Below are positions 28,376 to 38,190 of a stretch of 64,000 nucleotides of DNA, piece after piece; the first letter of the stretch is position 1; every line of letters starts with the position of its first letter. The notes under the pieces are model-generated. The model did no database searches and was not told where the DNA came from. It worked only from the letters and a program-made list of their open reading frames with translations. The position numbers and the translations under genes are program-made. Origin of the DNA: Ignavibacteriota bacterium (lineage in GTDB: Bacteria > Bacteroidota > Ignavibacteria > Palsa-1295). The stretch covers positions 1,696,001-1,760,000 of the forward strand of contig CAWBEI010000002.1 of the NCBI GenBank assembly GCA_963787835.1, read 5' to 3'.

Positions 28376-29470
28376 ATGCCTCGACAGATCACCGTTGCTC
28401 TTCTGTATAACGACATTCCTTCCAAGCCGTCGGACGACCGGTCATCCACGTCCGATGCCCCGGTGGACCTGTCGCCGGAAGCGCTTGGCTTTACGCCGTA
28501 TTTCGATCTCGAAGATATTCCCGCCGAGGAGGAATATGCGAAGATCGAGCATGCCCTGACGAAAGCCGGATATAAAGTGGTGAGTTACAATGTGAAAGAC
28601 CGCTTCGAGCGATTGTTCAAATTTCTGGCGCGGAGAAAAATTGATGTTGTCTTCAACCTGATCGAATTTTTTCACGGACGGCCGGAGCAGGAGATGTACG
28701 TTGCCTCCTTTTTTGAATTGCTCGAAATGCCGTACACAGGCGCTCCGCCGATGACGCTCGCGCTCTGCCAGAACAAGCCGATGGCCAAGTCGGTACTTCG
28801 TTCCTTCGATCTGCCAACGCCACGCTCGATGACGGTACGAACCATGGTCGATTTTAAGACGCGGCACAATCTACACTATCCGCTCATCGTAAAACCTGCC
28901 TGCGAGGATGGTTCCGGCGGGATCGAAAACGCAAGCATCGTTCGGACGCTTAAAGATCTACGCGCGCGCGTGGAATTTGTGCTGGCCGATTTCAAGATGG
29001 ATGCATTGGTCGAGGAATATATCGAAGGCCGGGAGCTGAACGTTGCCGTGCTCGGCAATGGTGAAAAACGGCGCGCGCTGCCGATCTCCGAGATCACGTT
29101 CGAGGATATGCCGGAGCATTTGTACAAGATCGTCAGCTTTCAGGCGAAATGGGATCCTTTGCATGAAGCGTACCATACCACCATTCCCTCCTGTCCTGCG
29201 GATCTGCCGGCGGCGAAAACAGAAGAGGCAAAGCAGCTTGCGCTGCGTGCTACCGAAGCATTGGGAACCAGGGATTATGCCAGGGTCGATATGCGCATGA
29301 GTGCCGAAGGTGAACTCTTCATTCTTGAGGTGAATCCGAACCCCAATCTCTCGGAAGGAACGGGTATTGCTCGTAGTGCTCAGGCCGCCCGCATCTCATT
29401 CGAGGGCCTGCTCGAGAATATCGTCGAAAGCGCGATGGAGCGCGCTAAAGTCAGGGCAGAGGAAGAATAG
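28376..29470 (+). CDS. D-Ala-D-Ala-ligase-like ATP-grasp protein
   Basis: VFNLIE, PYTG, PLIVKPACEDGSGGI, VEEYIEGRE, YARVDMR and LEVNPNP. Confidence 0.85.
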   Translation: MPRQITVALLYNDIPSKPSDDRSSTSDAPVDLSPEALGFTPYFDLEDIPAEEEYAKIEHALTKAGYKVVSYNVKDRFERLFKFLARRKIDVVFNLIEFFHGRPEQEMYVASFFELLEMPYTGAPPMTLALCQNKPMAKSVLRSFDLPTPRSMTVRTMVDFKTRHNLHYPLIVKPACEDGSGGIENASIVRTLKDLRARVEFVLADFKMDALVEEYIEGRELNVAVLGNGEKRRALPISEITFEDMPEHLYKIVSFQAKWDPLHEAYHTTIPSCPADLPAAKTEEAKQLALRATEALGTRDYARVDMRMSAEGELFILEVNPNPNLSEGTGIARSAQAARISFEGLLENIVESAMERAKVRAEEE

Positions 29471-29499
29471 AAGACAGAGCTTGATTTCGGCTGTTTTTT

Positions 29500-30837
29500 T
29501 TACTTCAAATAGTATCTCAGAGGATTAGGCCGGATCTGGCATTCTTCAGCGATACGGATCGAGCCGGCGATTCTACCTTCGTCCCTGAGCCGATAAAGAT
29601 TTGTCACCACCCTGTCACGCAGAGCGAGCGGTGCAATGGGATTGATATAGATCGAAGTTCCCCCCTCGAATCCAGCCGCTGTATTGACCCTCCATTTAAT
29701 GAGAATGTGCCACGGCATGTGATACACGGCATCGATCGGCGAATAATACCACTCTTCGTTCGAAGAGATCTGGGAACCGCTTGCCGCGTGGCAGGCATGA
29801 ACCAGGTCGCTCATTCCGCGGATCTCCTCATTCGACTGCTGATAGGGCCTCGAAAAATTGCTTTTCGAATAAATTTCGATGGTGGGATGCCGGTGCCCAA
29901 TGCCGGCATACGCGATCGCGTGGTCGTTTTCGGCGAAGATCAGGTTTTGCATGCCCGCAAGATTCGCTCCGAGTTCATTGTAGATATTCGGGTCCTGGCG
30001 GAGCATATCCACCTGATGCCGGATGGATGCGCCCCAGTCGTCAATACCAACAAGCTGCTTATGGAGATGATCGAAGCTCGCTCCGGCGGCGAGCAACCAA
30101 TTCTGAAAGACGGAGATATACCGAATGTAACGGTTCGATGCAAAAATGTCGCTCATTGCATCGATGGTGAACCGGATATATTGAACATGTTCCTCCGGCG
30201 TCATATCCGCACAGGAAAAAAGTTCACTTGCGTCCGTCGCGTGTTGCCGGAAGTGAGGGGAAGCAATAATTAGCTCGTGGCTTCCGCCGAAAAATGCGTC
30301 CGACATCGTAAGCAGTTCCTCTTTGGGAATCCCTTTGAGGTGTTCTTCGGACACACCAGACGTGCGAAGTTTATACCGGAGCACATCCAGCACATGACGC
30401 ATGCCAACCTTATCGGAAAGATACATTTCCTTCCACGCCAGATTTTCGGGCGATAGATAATAACTATAATTCTTCTTCCAATAATCGACCGTCACGATCT
30501 CGAAGAGATTGGGGACGCGCCGGAATAGCCACGGCGCATGATTGCTCATGCCATGTTCCAACTCGCTGGGATGCAAGCGATCGATCCGCTGAAACGTCCC
30601 ATCCGGGTGACGCAGCAGCCGCGATTTTTCGGGCGGTGTCTCGAAGAGCCGGTCAGGACAAAAGGCGCAGAAGGTGGTAGCATCGCCATCCTTCAATGGG
30701 CGTGGGGTTCGGGTATGGCCGTTAGCTTCGGGCTTCCCGGCGCGGCCGGGTACGCTCCAGACTTCGTTGTCGGTAAAGGGGTTGATCTGCTTGATGGTGC
30801 CATCGGCCATCAGCGTATAGTATTTTGAGTACTGCAT
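29500..30837 (-). CDS. DUF4921 family protein (GalT/HIT-like)
   Basis: MADGTIKQINPF, CAFC, NLFEIV and FQNWLxxAGASFDHLHKQ. Confidence 0.85.
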   Translation of the reverse strand: MQYSKYYTLMADGTIKQINPFTDNEVWSVPGRAGKPEANGHTRTPRPLKDGDATTFCAFCPDRLFETPPEKSRLLRHPDGTFQRIDRLHPSELEHGMSNHAPWLFRRVPNLFEIVTVDYWKKNYSYYLSPENLAWKEMYLSDKVGMRHVLDVLRYKLRTSGVSEEHLKGIPKEELLTMSDAFFGGSHELIIASPHFRQHATDASELFSCADMTPEEHVQYIRFTIDAMSDIFASNRYIRYISVFQNWLLAAGASFDHLHKQLVGIDDWGASIRHQVDMLRQDPNIYNELGANLAGMQNLIFAENDHAIAYAGIGHRHPTIEIYSKSNFSRPYQQSNEEIRGMSDLVHACHAASGSQISSNEEWYYSPIDAVYHMPWHILIKWRVNTAAGFEGGTSIYINPIAPLALRDRVVTNLYRLRDEGRIAGSIRIAEECQIRPNPLRYYLK

Positions 30838-31032
30838 TATAACCGCATGAAATTCACTTCGGGATCGGAAGCCGCAAACTAAAGTTTGCGCTCCCTTCGT
30901 TTTTCATTCGCAACTGCGTGGGATTTTTGCCTGAAGGGCCATCTGGGATGTAAAGGCCATGTGGGGATGAGCGTAACGAAAAAATGGGACTTCCTGCTCC
31001 ACATTATTGCTATTTTTCCAAGAAAGATATTT

Positions 31033-31437
31033 ATGAGACGAAATAACGGCAGCTTTTCTAACGAAGAAGAATATTCATCACGCCGCGGCCGGCGCGGTTC
31101 TTCGAAACTGGTTCCATTTACGCTGGGCGCCATTGTCGGTGGAGTTATCGGCGCTACGATAGCCCTGCTATACGCTCCAACGGAGGGTTCCGATCTGCGG
31201 CAGGGCGTGAAGAATACGCTGGAGGATCTTACCGAAGGGGCAAAAGATATTATTCGTGGAGCAAAGTCCACTGCTGAGAAAATCATGAATGAGGTGCTCG
31301 ATTCCGAGGAGGAGGCCGAGGAAGAGCCTTCCCATGGGAAACGTACCCGCGAGCGAGTAGATGGTATCCTCGAAGATGCCGACCGCGCTATCGCCGAAGC
31401 CCGCAGGCGATCCCAATCTCGCGAGGACGAAGATTAG
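31033..31437 (+). CDS. YtxH-domain protein
   Basis: FTLGAIVGGVIGATIALLYAPTEGSDLR; start set at ATG 31033. Confidence 0.85.
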   Translation: MRRNNGSFSNEEEYSSRRGRRGSSKLVPFTLGAIVGGVIGATIALLYAPTEGSDLRQGVKNTLEDLTEGAKDIIRGAKSTAEKIMNEVLDSEEEAEEEPSHGKRTRERVDGILEDADRAIAEARRRSQSREDED

Positions 31438-31441
31438 ATTG

Positions 31442-31553
31442 CTCCCCCTCCTATGGAGCGCAGCGGAAAAGGAGGGGGCTGGGGGGTGGTCAGGTGGAGG
31501 AACCACAACCTTGCATTTCCGGAAACCGCCGCCCTCTTATCAGAGGTGGGGAG
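31442..31553. repeat. GC-rich palindromic intergenic element
   Basis: ccccctcct (31444-31452) pairs with aggaggggg (31470-31478); termini ctcccc...ggggag. Confidence 0.55.
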
Positions 31554-31600
31554 TTCTTTCCGTGTAAACGCAACCGCCCGTTCCCTCGTTTGACCTGATT

Positions 31601-32083
31601 ATGGAAGCAATACTTTACATTACGGGCGGAATTGCGCTATTGGCGCTGGCATGGTTGTTCATCTCACTGGCTCGCACGGTAAGCGGCGTTAAATCCATGC
31701 TGGAGGAAGTACAAGGCGATCTTCACACGGCCGTAACGGCCGTCGATGAGATCAAGGCGAGCATGGTTCCCATTCTTGGGAACGTAACGAATATTACGAG
31801 CAATGTCTCGACCATTACGTCGAACGTGAGCAACATAACGACAGGCGTGCAGAACCAGATGATCGGCGTACACGAGACGATCGACGATGCGCTGGACGTC
31901 ATCCGCGGCTCGCTGGACGATCTGGAGCGGCTGAAGAACAATATCGTTAACACCGTCGAAGGACCGGTCTCGCTGTTGCGCGACACCGCCGGAGGAGCGC
32001 TCGGCGTTATCTCCGCCATTGCGGGCGTGATCAGAAAGTTCTCGAAGTCAAAGCGTAAAGCTTCGGTGAACGGGCGGGGGTAA
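31601..32083 (+). CDS. DUF948 (YoxC-like) protein
   Basis: N-terminal TM helix and long heptad region; paired with a YtxH gene. Confidence 0.8.
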   Translation: MEAILYITGGIALLALAWLFISLARTVSGVKSMLEEVQGDLHTAVTAVDEIKASMVPILGNVTNITSNVSTITSNVSNITTGVQNQMIGVHETIDDALDVIRGSLDDLERLKNNIVNTVEGPVSLLRDTAGGALGVISAIAGVIRKFSKSKRKASVNGRG

Positions 32084-32096
32084 ATTCCGCCGCAGC

Positions 32097-32186
32097 GTAG
32101 GTCGGCGCTTCCAGCCCGACATTCCCAGCCCGACGAAGTCCCGTTAGGGAGCGCATATTTGTAGCCCCGGACGTAAGTTCGGGGTT
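32097..32186 (+). repeat. Cluster of GTAG-type REP-like palindromes
   Basis: GTAG-gtcggcgcttccagcccgac (32097-32120) and atatttGTAG-ccccgga-cgtaag-ttcgggg (32155-32184). Confidence 0.55.
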
Positions 32187-32255
32187 TACGGTTTTTAGCT
32201 GCAACAGTCCCTGAGCAACGACACGAAGAACTCGCAGCATACGGTAGAGAATTCG

Positions 32256-32263
32256 TATCTTTG
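32256..32263 (+). promoter_or_regulatory. TAnnTTTG promoter element
   Basis: TATCTTTG about 45 nt upstream of ATG 32308. Confidence 0.45.
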
Positions 32264-32307
32264 TATCAATATGTTACTGCTGATTCTGATAACCGGGGGT
32301 TGAAATT

Positions 32308-34551
32308 ATGCCGGACTACGACTTTCACACTTTATCATATGTTGATTTTCAAGTTCTAACTCGTGACTTGCTTCAAGAGGCGCTCGGAGTTCGGTTTCAA
32401 GCATTTAAGGCTGGTAAGGATCAGGGGATTGATTTGCTTCACGAAGTAGGACGAGGAAGGCGAATTGTTGTACAATGCAAACATTTCGGTGGCTCAACAT
32501 TCCGGTCGCTTCTTACTAGCTTAAAAAAGGAGCTTCCTGAGCTAAATCGTATCAATCCTACACGGTATATTTTATCCGTCTCGCTTCCGCTGAGCCTTAA
32601 GAATAAAGAAGCCGTCATAGAGCTTCTCAATCCCTTCATAAAATCGAGTCAGGACATCTTTGGAAGAGACGAATTAAATGGGCTGCTCGCTCAGTACCCC
32701 AAGGTTGAGGAATCGCATTTTAAATTATGGATAAGCAGCACAACAGTTCTCAATCAGATCATTCATAGTAAGACTGTTAATGTGACAAATTTCGCGTTGG
32801 AGAAAATAATTAGAAGAATTCCACTCTATGTGAGTAATAAGAGCTTTGATGAAGCACGTCTAATACTCGAGCGTTCTCACTCTTGCATAATCGCGGGAAT
32901 TCCAGGAATTGGAAAAACTACCCTTGCCGAGATTTTGATAATGCACTATCTTCGAGATGATTATCAGCTCGTTAAAGTGACATCTAATATAGATGAGGCC
33001 ATGGGAATTGGAAGGCAACACGACAAGCAGGTCTTTTATTATGACGATTTTCTCGGACAGACAAGCTTTGAAGAAAAAATTGGGAAATTAGGAAAAAACG
33101 AAGAGCAGGACTTAATTGACTTCATGGAGCATATTCAGCGGTCTCCGACGAAGAGATTCATTCTTACAACGCGTGAGTATATTTTGAACCAAGCCCGTGC
33201 TCATTATGAAAAGCTTCACCGCGATTTTGAAATCGAAAAATGCATCATTGACTTGGAAAGCTACACAAGACTGAATAGGGCACAAATTCTATACAATCAC
33301 GTCTTCTTTTCTAAACTTTCCGCAAAGTATAAGCGCGATCTCTTGAAAGAGGATCGTTATCTGTCGATCATTGACCATCCTAACTACAATCCTCGCATAA
33401 TGGAAATGATGACCATAAGATTTAAGGAGTCTTCCCTCAGGAGTCGAACATACTATAAGAGCTTTAAGATTGCTCTCGATAATCCTGAGAGTATTTGGTC
33501 GGAAGCGTTTGAACATCAAATTAGTGAGCCAGCTAAAGCACTTGTGCTTGTTTTGCTTTCGCTGGGAGGAAGCGAGTCACTCGATAGATTAGCAATGACC
33601 TTCGAAAAATATTACTTGTACCTATCAAACAAGTATAATTTCGAATCTTCATCAATGGATTTTTTAAATGCTCTAAGAGAGCTGGACGGTAGTTTCATAT
33701 CTTCCGAAAAGAATTCTGGCGATACATGGATTTCATATCAAAATCCATCTGTCCAAGATTTCGCGGAGAATTATGTGATAGCGAATCCAGACCATTTTCT
33801 GAATTTGTTTCACTCTGCTACAACTTTTGAACAGCTATACAGACTTTGGAATTTGAGAACCGAAGTGGAAGCGTCTTATCCACTTCCTCTCAAATCGGTT
33901 AGGGAAAAATACATCAAGGAACTCTTCACGCATATTCAAGATGAACACTTTCTAAATTATGAGAGCCGATTGCTGTTCCTCGGTCGAGCGGTCAAAGCTC
34001 TCTATGGAAATCTCGATAAATGGTTCCAACGCATCATGACTGAGATTGATGATTATTCAAAGCAATCTTTTGCGAATGTACCAGCACTCATTAGTTTACT
34101 AGGTCTGATTTATCGGGAAGGGCGCTTCTCTCGCTTAAGACCCAAACTTTTATCGAAGTTAAAAAGAAAAATAATTTCTAATTGCTATGGATTCAAGGAG
34201 TTTGAAGCTCTTGTTGATGCGTCATGGCTTCATCGATTTTTCTTGGATAGGGAATGGAAAGAATTAGGGTTTGGATTTGGAACATACATTGATCAAAGAT
34301 TTGATGAGGATCTTGTAGACGAAGACGATTCTGATAATCTGAAGACATTTGAAATTGATCTGGATCGCATTGCTTCAAGATTTGGCTACGATCCTTCGGC
34401 TCGAACTATTGAAATTCGCAACAAAATTGAAAAGATCGAAGAAAAGGCAAATTCCGAGTCCTCAAAATGGGAACGCGATAAACAATCGGTTGAAGAAATA
34501 GGCGAGGATGATGATATTGCTATAAAAACGCTATTCGCAACATTAGGCTAA
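32308..34551 (+). CDS. Restriction endonuclease (Mrr-like) fused to nSTAND3 NTPase; putative defence protein
   Basis: DF..L.RDLL, GKDQGIDL..VVQCKH (PD-QxK); Walker A GIPGIGKTT; Walker B YYDDFLG; FILTTREYIL; visibly AT-richer than flanks. Confidence 0.85.
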   Translation: MPDYDFHTLSYVDFQVLTRDLLQEALGVRFQAFKAGKDQGIDLLHEVGRGRRIVVQCKHFGGSTFRSLLTSLKKELPELNRINPTRYILSVSLPLSLKNKEAVIELLNPFIKSSQDIFGRDELNGLLAQYPKVEESHFKLWISSTTVLNQIIHSKTVNVTNFALEKIIRRIPLYVSNKSFDEARLILERSHSCIIAGIPGIGKTTLAEILIMHYLRDDYQLVKVTSNIDEAMGIGRQHDKQVFYYDDFLGQTSFEEKIGKLGKNEEQDLIDFMEHIQRSPTKRFILTTREYILNQARAHYEKLHRDFEIEKCIIDLESYTRLNRAQILYNHVFFSKLSAKYKRDLLKEDRYLSIIDHPNYNPRIMEMMTIRFKESSLRSRTYYKSFKIALDNPESIWSEAFEHQISEPAKALVLVLLSLGGSESLDRLAMTFEKYYLYLSNKYNFESSSMDFLNALRELDGSFISSEKNSGDTWISYQNPSVQDFAENYVIANPDHFLNLFHSATTFEQLYRLWNLRTEVEASYPLPLKSVREKYIKELFTHIQDEHFLNYESRLLFLGRAVKALYGNLDKWFQRIMTEIDDYSKQSFANVPALISLLGLIYREGRFSRLRPKLLSKLKRKIISNCYGFKEFEALVDASWLHRFFLDREWKELGFGFGTYIDQRFDEDLVDEDDSDNLKTFEIDLDRIASRFGYDPSARTIEIRNKIEKIEEKANSESSKWERDKQSVEEIGEDDDIAIKTLFATLG

Positions 34552-34712
34552 GAAGTTCAATCCTAAAACGTGTTACGTCTGTCCGCTGGCCATTCGAAAA
34601 AGGCATATTATGCGCTCTGTCGGGCCGACTACAAATATTTGGCCCGACTGGGGTTGAGAATGATTTCGGTTGAGCGGGGCGTGCAGGGCCTTTGTCATCG
34701 TATCTTTGCATA

Positions 34713-35627
34713 ATGGAAAGCATCACGGAAGTAGCTACATCGGAAGATCGCACAGCGTTGGAGGATCAGTCATCCTTCCGCACGTGCCCGGATTGCGGGT
34801 GGAGTGGGGCTGGAAACTACTGCGCGAACTGCGGTGAGGAGATGGAGCCGCGCGTAATGCGCATTCGGCACTACATTCGGGATGTGTTTCAGGAGCTGCT
34901 TTCGCTCGATTCGAAATTCCTGCATTCGATCCCGGCCTTGTTATTTCGTCCGGGATTTTTAGCTGCGGAGTTCACGGCTGGCCGCCGCAAGCGGTATCTT
35001 TCGCCGCTGCGATTGCATATTATCATCGCGATCCTGATGTTCCTTTCGCTCAGCTACATGATGCGAACGCGAATGGAAACCCAGTTAAACGATGTACACA
35101 AGCGGCAGACGATCGATAGCGTGCTTTCTGTCGCCAGACAACAAAACGCCCAGAAAGGTGACGCTAGCAAAGTCCCGACCCTTAACGAGATCAAGCAAGC
35201 GTCGGAATATGTTCAGGGCATGGTAACGGAAATAGGTCCGTATGTCCTATTGTTAAGTTCCACTCCGGTCTTTGCGCTATTTCTTGCGCTTCTCTACCGA
35301 AAGCGTAAAAAGCTGTTTGTGGAGCACCTGATGTTTTCGCTGTATTTCTTTTCCTTCGCGTATCTTATCCTGATACCACCGATCCTCTGGCTGCATAACA
35401 TTTTATTCCCTGTCAGCGGAATAGTTCTTTGTGTGTATCTCTACTTTGCCATTCGTCGGTTCTACACGGACCGAGGTTTCGCGCTGGTGCTTCGCAGCGT
35501 GGCTTGCGTGGTATCCTGCGCGTTCATCGGCATGTTTGCATTCGGGCTCAGTTATCTTATCGCCGTGGGAATAGGCGTTGCCTTTGGCAATATTCCGAAC
35601 AATTTGCAGGGGTCGATCCATATTTAG
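34713..35627 (+). CDS. DUF3667-domain membrane protein
   Basis: CPDC..YCANCGE zinc ribbon, LLFRPG, GRRKRYLSPLR and FVEHLMF. Confidence 0.88.
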   Translation: MESITEVATSEDRTALEDQSSFRTCPDCGWSGAGNYCANCGEEMEPRVMRIRHYIRDVFQELLSLDSKFLHSIPALLFRPGFLAAEFTAGRRKRYLSPLRLHIIIAILMFLSLSYMMRTRMETQLNDVHKRQTIDSVLSVARQQNAQKGDASKVPTLNEIKQASEYVQGMVTEIGPYVLLLSSTPVFALFLALLYRKRKKLFVEHLMFSLYFFSFAYLILIPPILWLHNILFPVSGIVLCVYLYFAIRRFYTDRGFALVLRSVACVVSCAFIGMFAFGLSYLIAVGIGVAFGNIPNNLQGSIHI

Positions 35628-35738
35628 GATTCATGGGTCCTGCCGAGCCTGGTCGTGCAGGAAGCGCCGACCCCCAGTCAAGCTGAGGGCAGGCTCTACG
35701 TGACAAACCGAATTTCGTGGCTACCCCAAAAATTGTCG

Positions 35739-35980
35739 TATATTAGTGATTGCTTTGATGGGCACCTATCCTGGGAAAAGATGAAATATGAAGTATGAAA
35801 GATGAAATGGGGCGCATCGTCGGCGATGCTTGGTGCTGATGTTCATTGAAAATCGAGGTCGTCGGTAGCTTTCGCTATGAACGAGTTCTTCGTGAAAAGA
35901 ATTTGTTGGGACAAATGGCGAAATCAGCCTGGAAACGAGGGTGGTCGGGAACTCTGCAAGAAAAAGAAATGGCACCTATT
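35739..35980 (+). repeat. Dispersed non-coding element, copy 2 (homologous to 401-664)
   Basis: Same collinear blocks as copy 1 in the opposite orientation; begins TATATTAG...GATGGGCACCTAT. Confidence 0.85.
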
Positions 35981-36002
35981 TTTTAGAGAAAAGTATTTTG
36001 GC

Positions 36003-36677
36003 TTATTCCAACAGATCCGGCCGGCGTTGTTCGGTGCGGCGGGTGGATTCTTCGTGACGGTAAATATCGATCTTTTTATGATCGCCGCTGAGGAGAATTT
36101 CGGGGACGTGCATTCCTTCGAATTCGGCGGGACGGGTGTAGGCCGGGGCATCGAGCAAGCCATTTTGGAAGGAATCCATGAGGGCGCTTTCGGAGTCGTG
36201 CATGGCTCCGGGGAGCAGGCGCACGATGGCATCTACGAGGACACATGCGGGAAGTTCCCCGCCGGTGAGCACGTAATCGCCAATGGAAATTTCTTTGGTG
36301 ATCCACCGCTCGCGGACACGCTCATCCACGCCTTTGTAATGACCGCAAAGAATGAGCAGGTTATTGTTCATTGAAAGCTGATTGGCCATAGGCTGCGAGA
36401 ACCGCTCGCCATCGGGCGTCATGAAGATACGCTCGTCGTAATCACGCTCGGCGGTGAGTTTATGGAACAGGGCGAACAGCGGCTCGGGTTTGAGGACCAT
36501 TCCAGCTCCGCCGCCGAAGGGTTCATCATCGATCTGATGATATTTTCCCAAGCCATATTCGCGCAGATCGTGAAGGACGATCTCGATCACGCCATTTTCG
36601 CGAGCCCGCTTTACGATGCTTTCGGAAAGGGGACTTTCGAGAATTTTAGGAACGGCGGATATAATATCGATGCGCAT
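36003..36677 (-). CDS. trmD: tRNA (guanine37-N1)-methyltransferase
   Basis: [36 protein letters not shown] and [10 protein letters not shown]. Confidence 0.97.
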   Translation of the reverse strand: MRIDIISAVPKILESPLSESIVKRARENGVIEIVLHDLREYGLGKYHQIDDEPFGGGAGMVLKPEPLFALFHKLTAERDYDERIFMTPDGERFSQPMANQLSMNNNLLILCGHYKGVDERVRERWITKEISIGDYVLTGGELPACVLVDAIVRLLPGAMHDSESALMDSFQNGLLDAPAYTRPAEFEGMHVPEILLSGDHKKIDIYRHEESTRRTEQRRPDLLE

Positions 36678-36737
36678 GGGACATATTACAGAGCACTCGG
36701 CGAAATGGTTTAGCGATTCTGTTAGTTTTACGGCCTA

Positions 36738-38150
36738 ATGCGATCACACCAACGTACGGTTTCCAGCATTTCCAAGTTCGAAGGCACCGGCCTTCACACT
36801 GGAAATACCAGCAGTATTGAATTTCATCCGGCTCCGGAGAATTACGGCATTCGGTTCGTCCGCAGCGATCTGGCGGGTTCGCCGGAAGTGCCGGCGTTGG
36901 TCGATTTTGTCAGCGATATTTCTCGCGGGACGACGCTTTCGCTTAATGGCGCCAGCGTCCACACTGTGGAGCATGTTCTGGCCGCTGTCGTCGGGCTGGA
37001 GATCGATAACGTCAGAATTGAACTAACCGCCAACGAGCCGCCGATAGGGGATGGAAGTTCGAAGCCCTACGTAGAGGCGCTTCAGGCTGCCGGGGTTACC
37101 GATCAGGCAGCACCCAGGAAATATCTCGTCATTGATGAGACGGTTTCCTACCGTAACGAGGCACATGGTGTCGAGATCGTGGCTCTTCCGCTTCCAGATG
37201 ATTACCGCGTGACGGTAATGGTCGATTACAATAATGCGGCGTTGGGCAGTCAGCACACAGGTCTTTTTTCTTTAGAAAAGGAATTTGTCACCGAATTTTC
37301 GAACGCCAGGACGTTTTGCTTTTTACATGAAGTGGAGGAACTCCGCGACCGAGGGTTGATCCGAGGTGGAAATTTAGATAACGCGATCGTTATTGTAGAT
37401 CGCGAGCTATCCGCCGCCGAAATGACGGATCTTGCCGGAAAGTTGGGGATTAGCGGAAGTGTCGTCCTTGGGACAAACGGAATTCTCAATAATAGAAATT
37501 TACGGTATAAAAATGAACCGGCTCGCCATAAGCTGCTCGATTTGCTTGGTGACTTAGCGCTCGTTGGTGCGCCGATGCAGGCCCAGATCCTTGCGGCTCG
37601 GCCCGGACATGCCTCGAATGTAGAATTCGCCCGCAAGCTCCGAAAGCTGAACGAGAAGAAAGTATTCGTTCAAAAATATAATCCTTCAGCAAAACGGGAT
37701 TTCCTGTTCGACATCAATGCCATCGAGCGCATTATGCCACACCGGTATCCGATGCTGCTCGTCGATCGCATTTTGGAGATGGATCTCACGGAAGGGCAGG
37801 AGCGAATCCTGGGGCTCAAGAATGTGACGTACAACGAGCCATTTTTTATGGGTCATTTCCCGGGTAAACCTGTCATGCCAGGAGTACTCCAACTGGAAGC
37901 CATGGCTCAAACCGGCGGGATGCTTCTGCTGAACTCAATCAAAGATCCAGATAAGAAGCTGATCCTTTTCATGGCGATCGACAAAGCAAAATTTCGCAAG
38001 CCAGTCGTGCCGGGAGATCAGGTTCTCTTCGAACTTCGCATGATACGCAAGCGAGGTAAGACGTTTGTCATGGCTGGAGAAGCGAAGGTAGAAGGACAGC
38101 TCGTTGCCGAAGCGGAATTCATGGCCGCGATCGTTGATAGAGAGTCCTGA
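36738..38150 (+). CDS. lpxC-fabZ: Bifunctional LpxC deacetylase / FabZ dehydratase
   Basis: GTGLHTG, TVEHVLAA and RHKLLDLLGDL; then PHRYPMLLVD and GHFPGKPVMPGVLQLEAMAQ. Confidence 0.97.
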   Translation: MRSHQRTVSSISKFEGTGLHTGNTSSIEFHPAPENYGIRFVRSDLAGSPEVPALVDFVSDISRGTTLSLNGASVHTVEHVLAAVVGLEIDNVRIELTANEPPIGDGSSKPYVEALQAAGVTDQAAPRKYLVIDETVSYRNEAHGVEIVALPLPDDYRVTVMVDYNNAALGSQHTGLFSLEKEFVTEFSNARTFCFLHEVEELRDRGLIRGGNLDNAIVIVDRELSAAEMTDLAGKLGISGSVVLGTNGILNNRNLRYKNEPARHKLLDLLGDLALVGAPMQAQILAARPGHASNVEFARKLRKLNEKKVFVQKYNPSAKRDFLFDINAIERIMPHRYPMLLVDRILEMDLTEGQERILGLKNVTYNEPFFMGHFPGKPVMPGVLQLEAMAQTGGMLLLNSIKDPDKKLILFMAIDKAKFRKPVVPGDQVLFELRMIRKRGKTFVMAGEAKVEGQLVAEAEFMAAIVDRES

Positions 38151-38190
38151 CCGAACAAGTTTTTACATTACGCCAATAAACCTTAGTTGA

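Noticed and set aside
6692-31000. Apparent abundance of CGATCG (HIP1-like core)
   Set aside because: Not quantifiable by eye and plausibly explained by ATC/GAT/TCG codon usage; needs an observed/expected count
31781-31843. Three 21-bp imperfect repeats (NVTNITS-like) in the DUF948 gene
   Set aside because: Ordinary coiled-coil heptad expansion
35766-36374. ORFs 35766-35975 (-) and 35877-36374 (+) as small proteins of the dispersed element
   Set aside because: The frames are not preserved in the homologous copy at 401-664, and the longer ORF is mostly antisense to trmD
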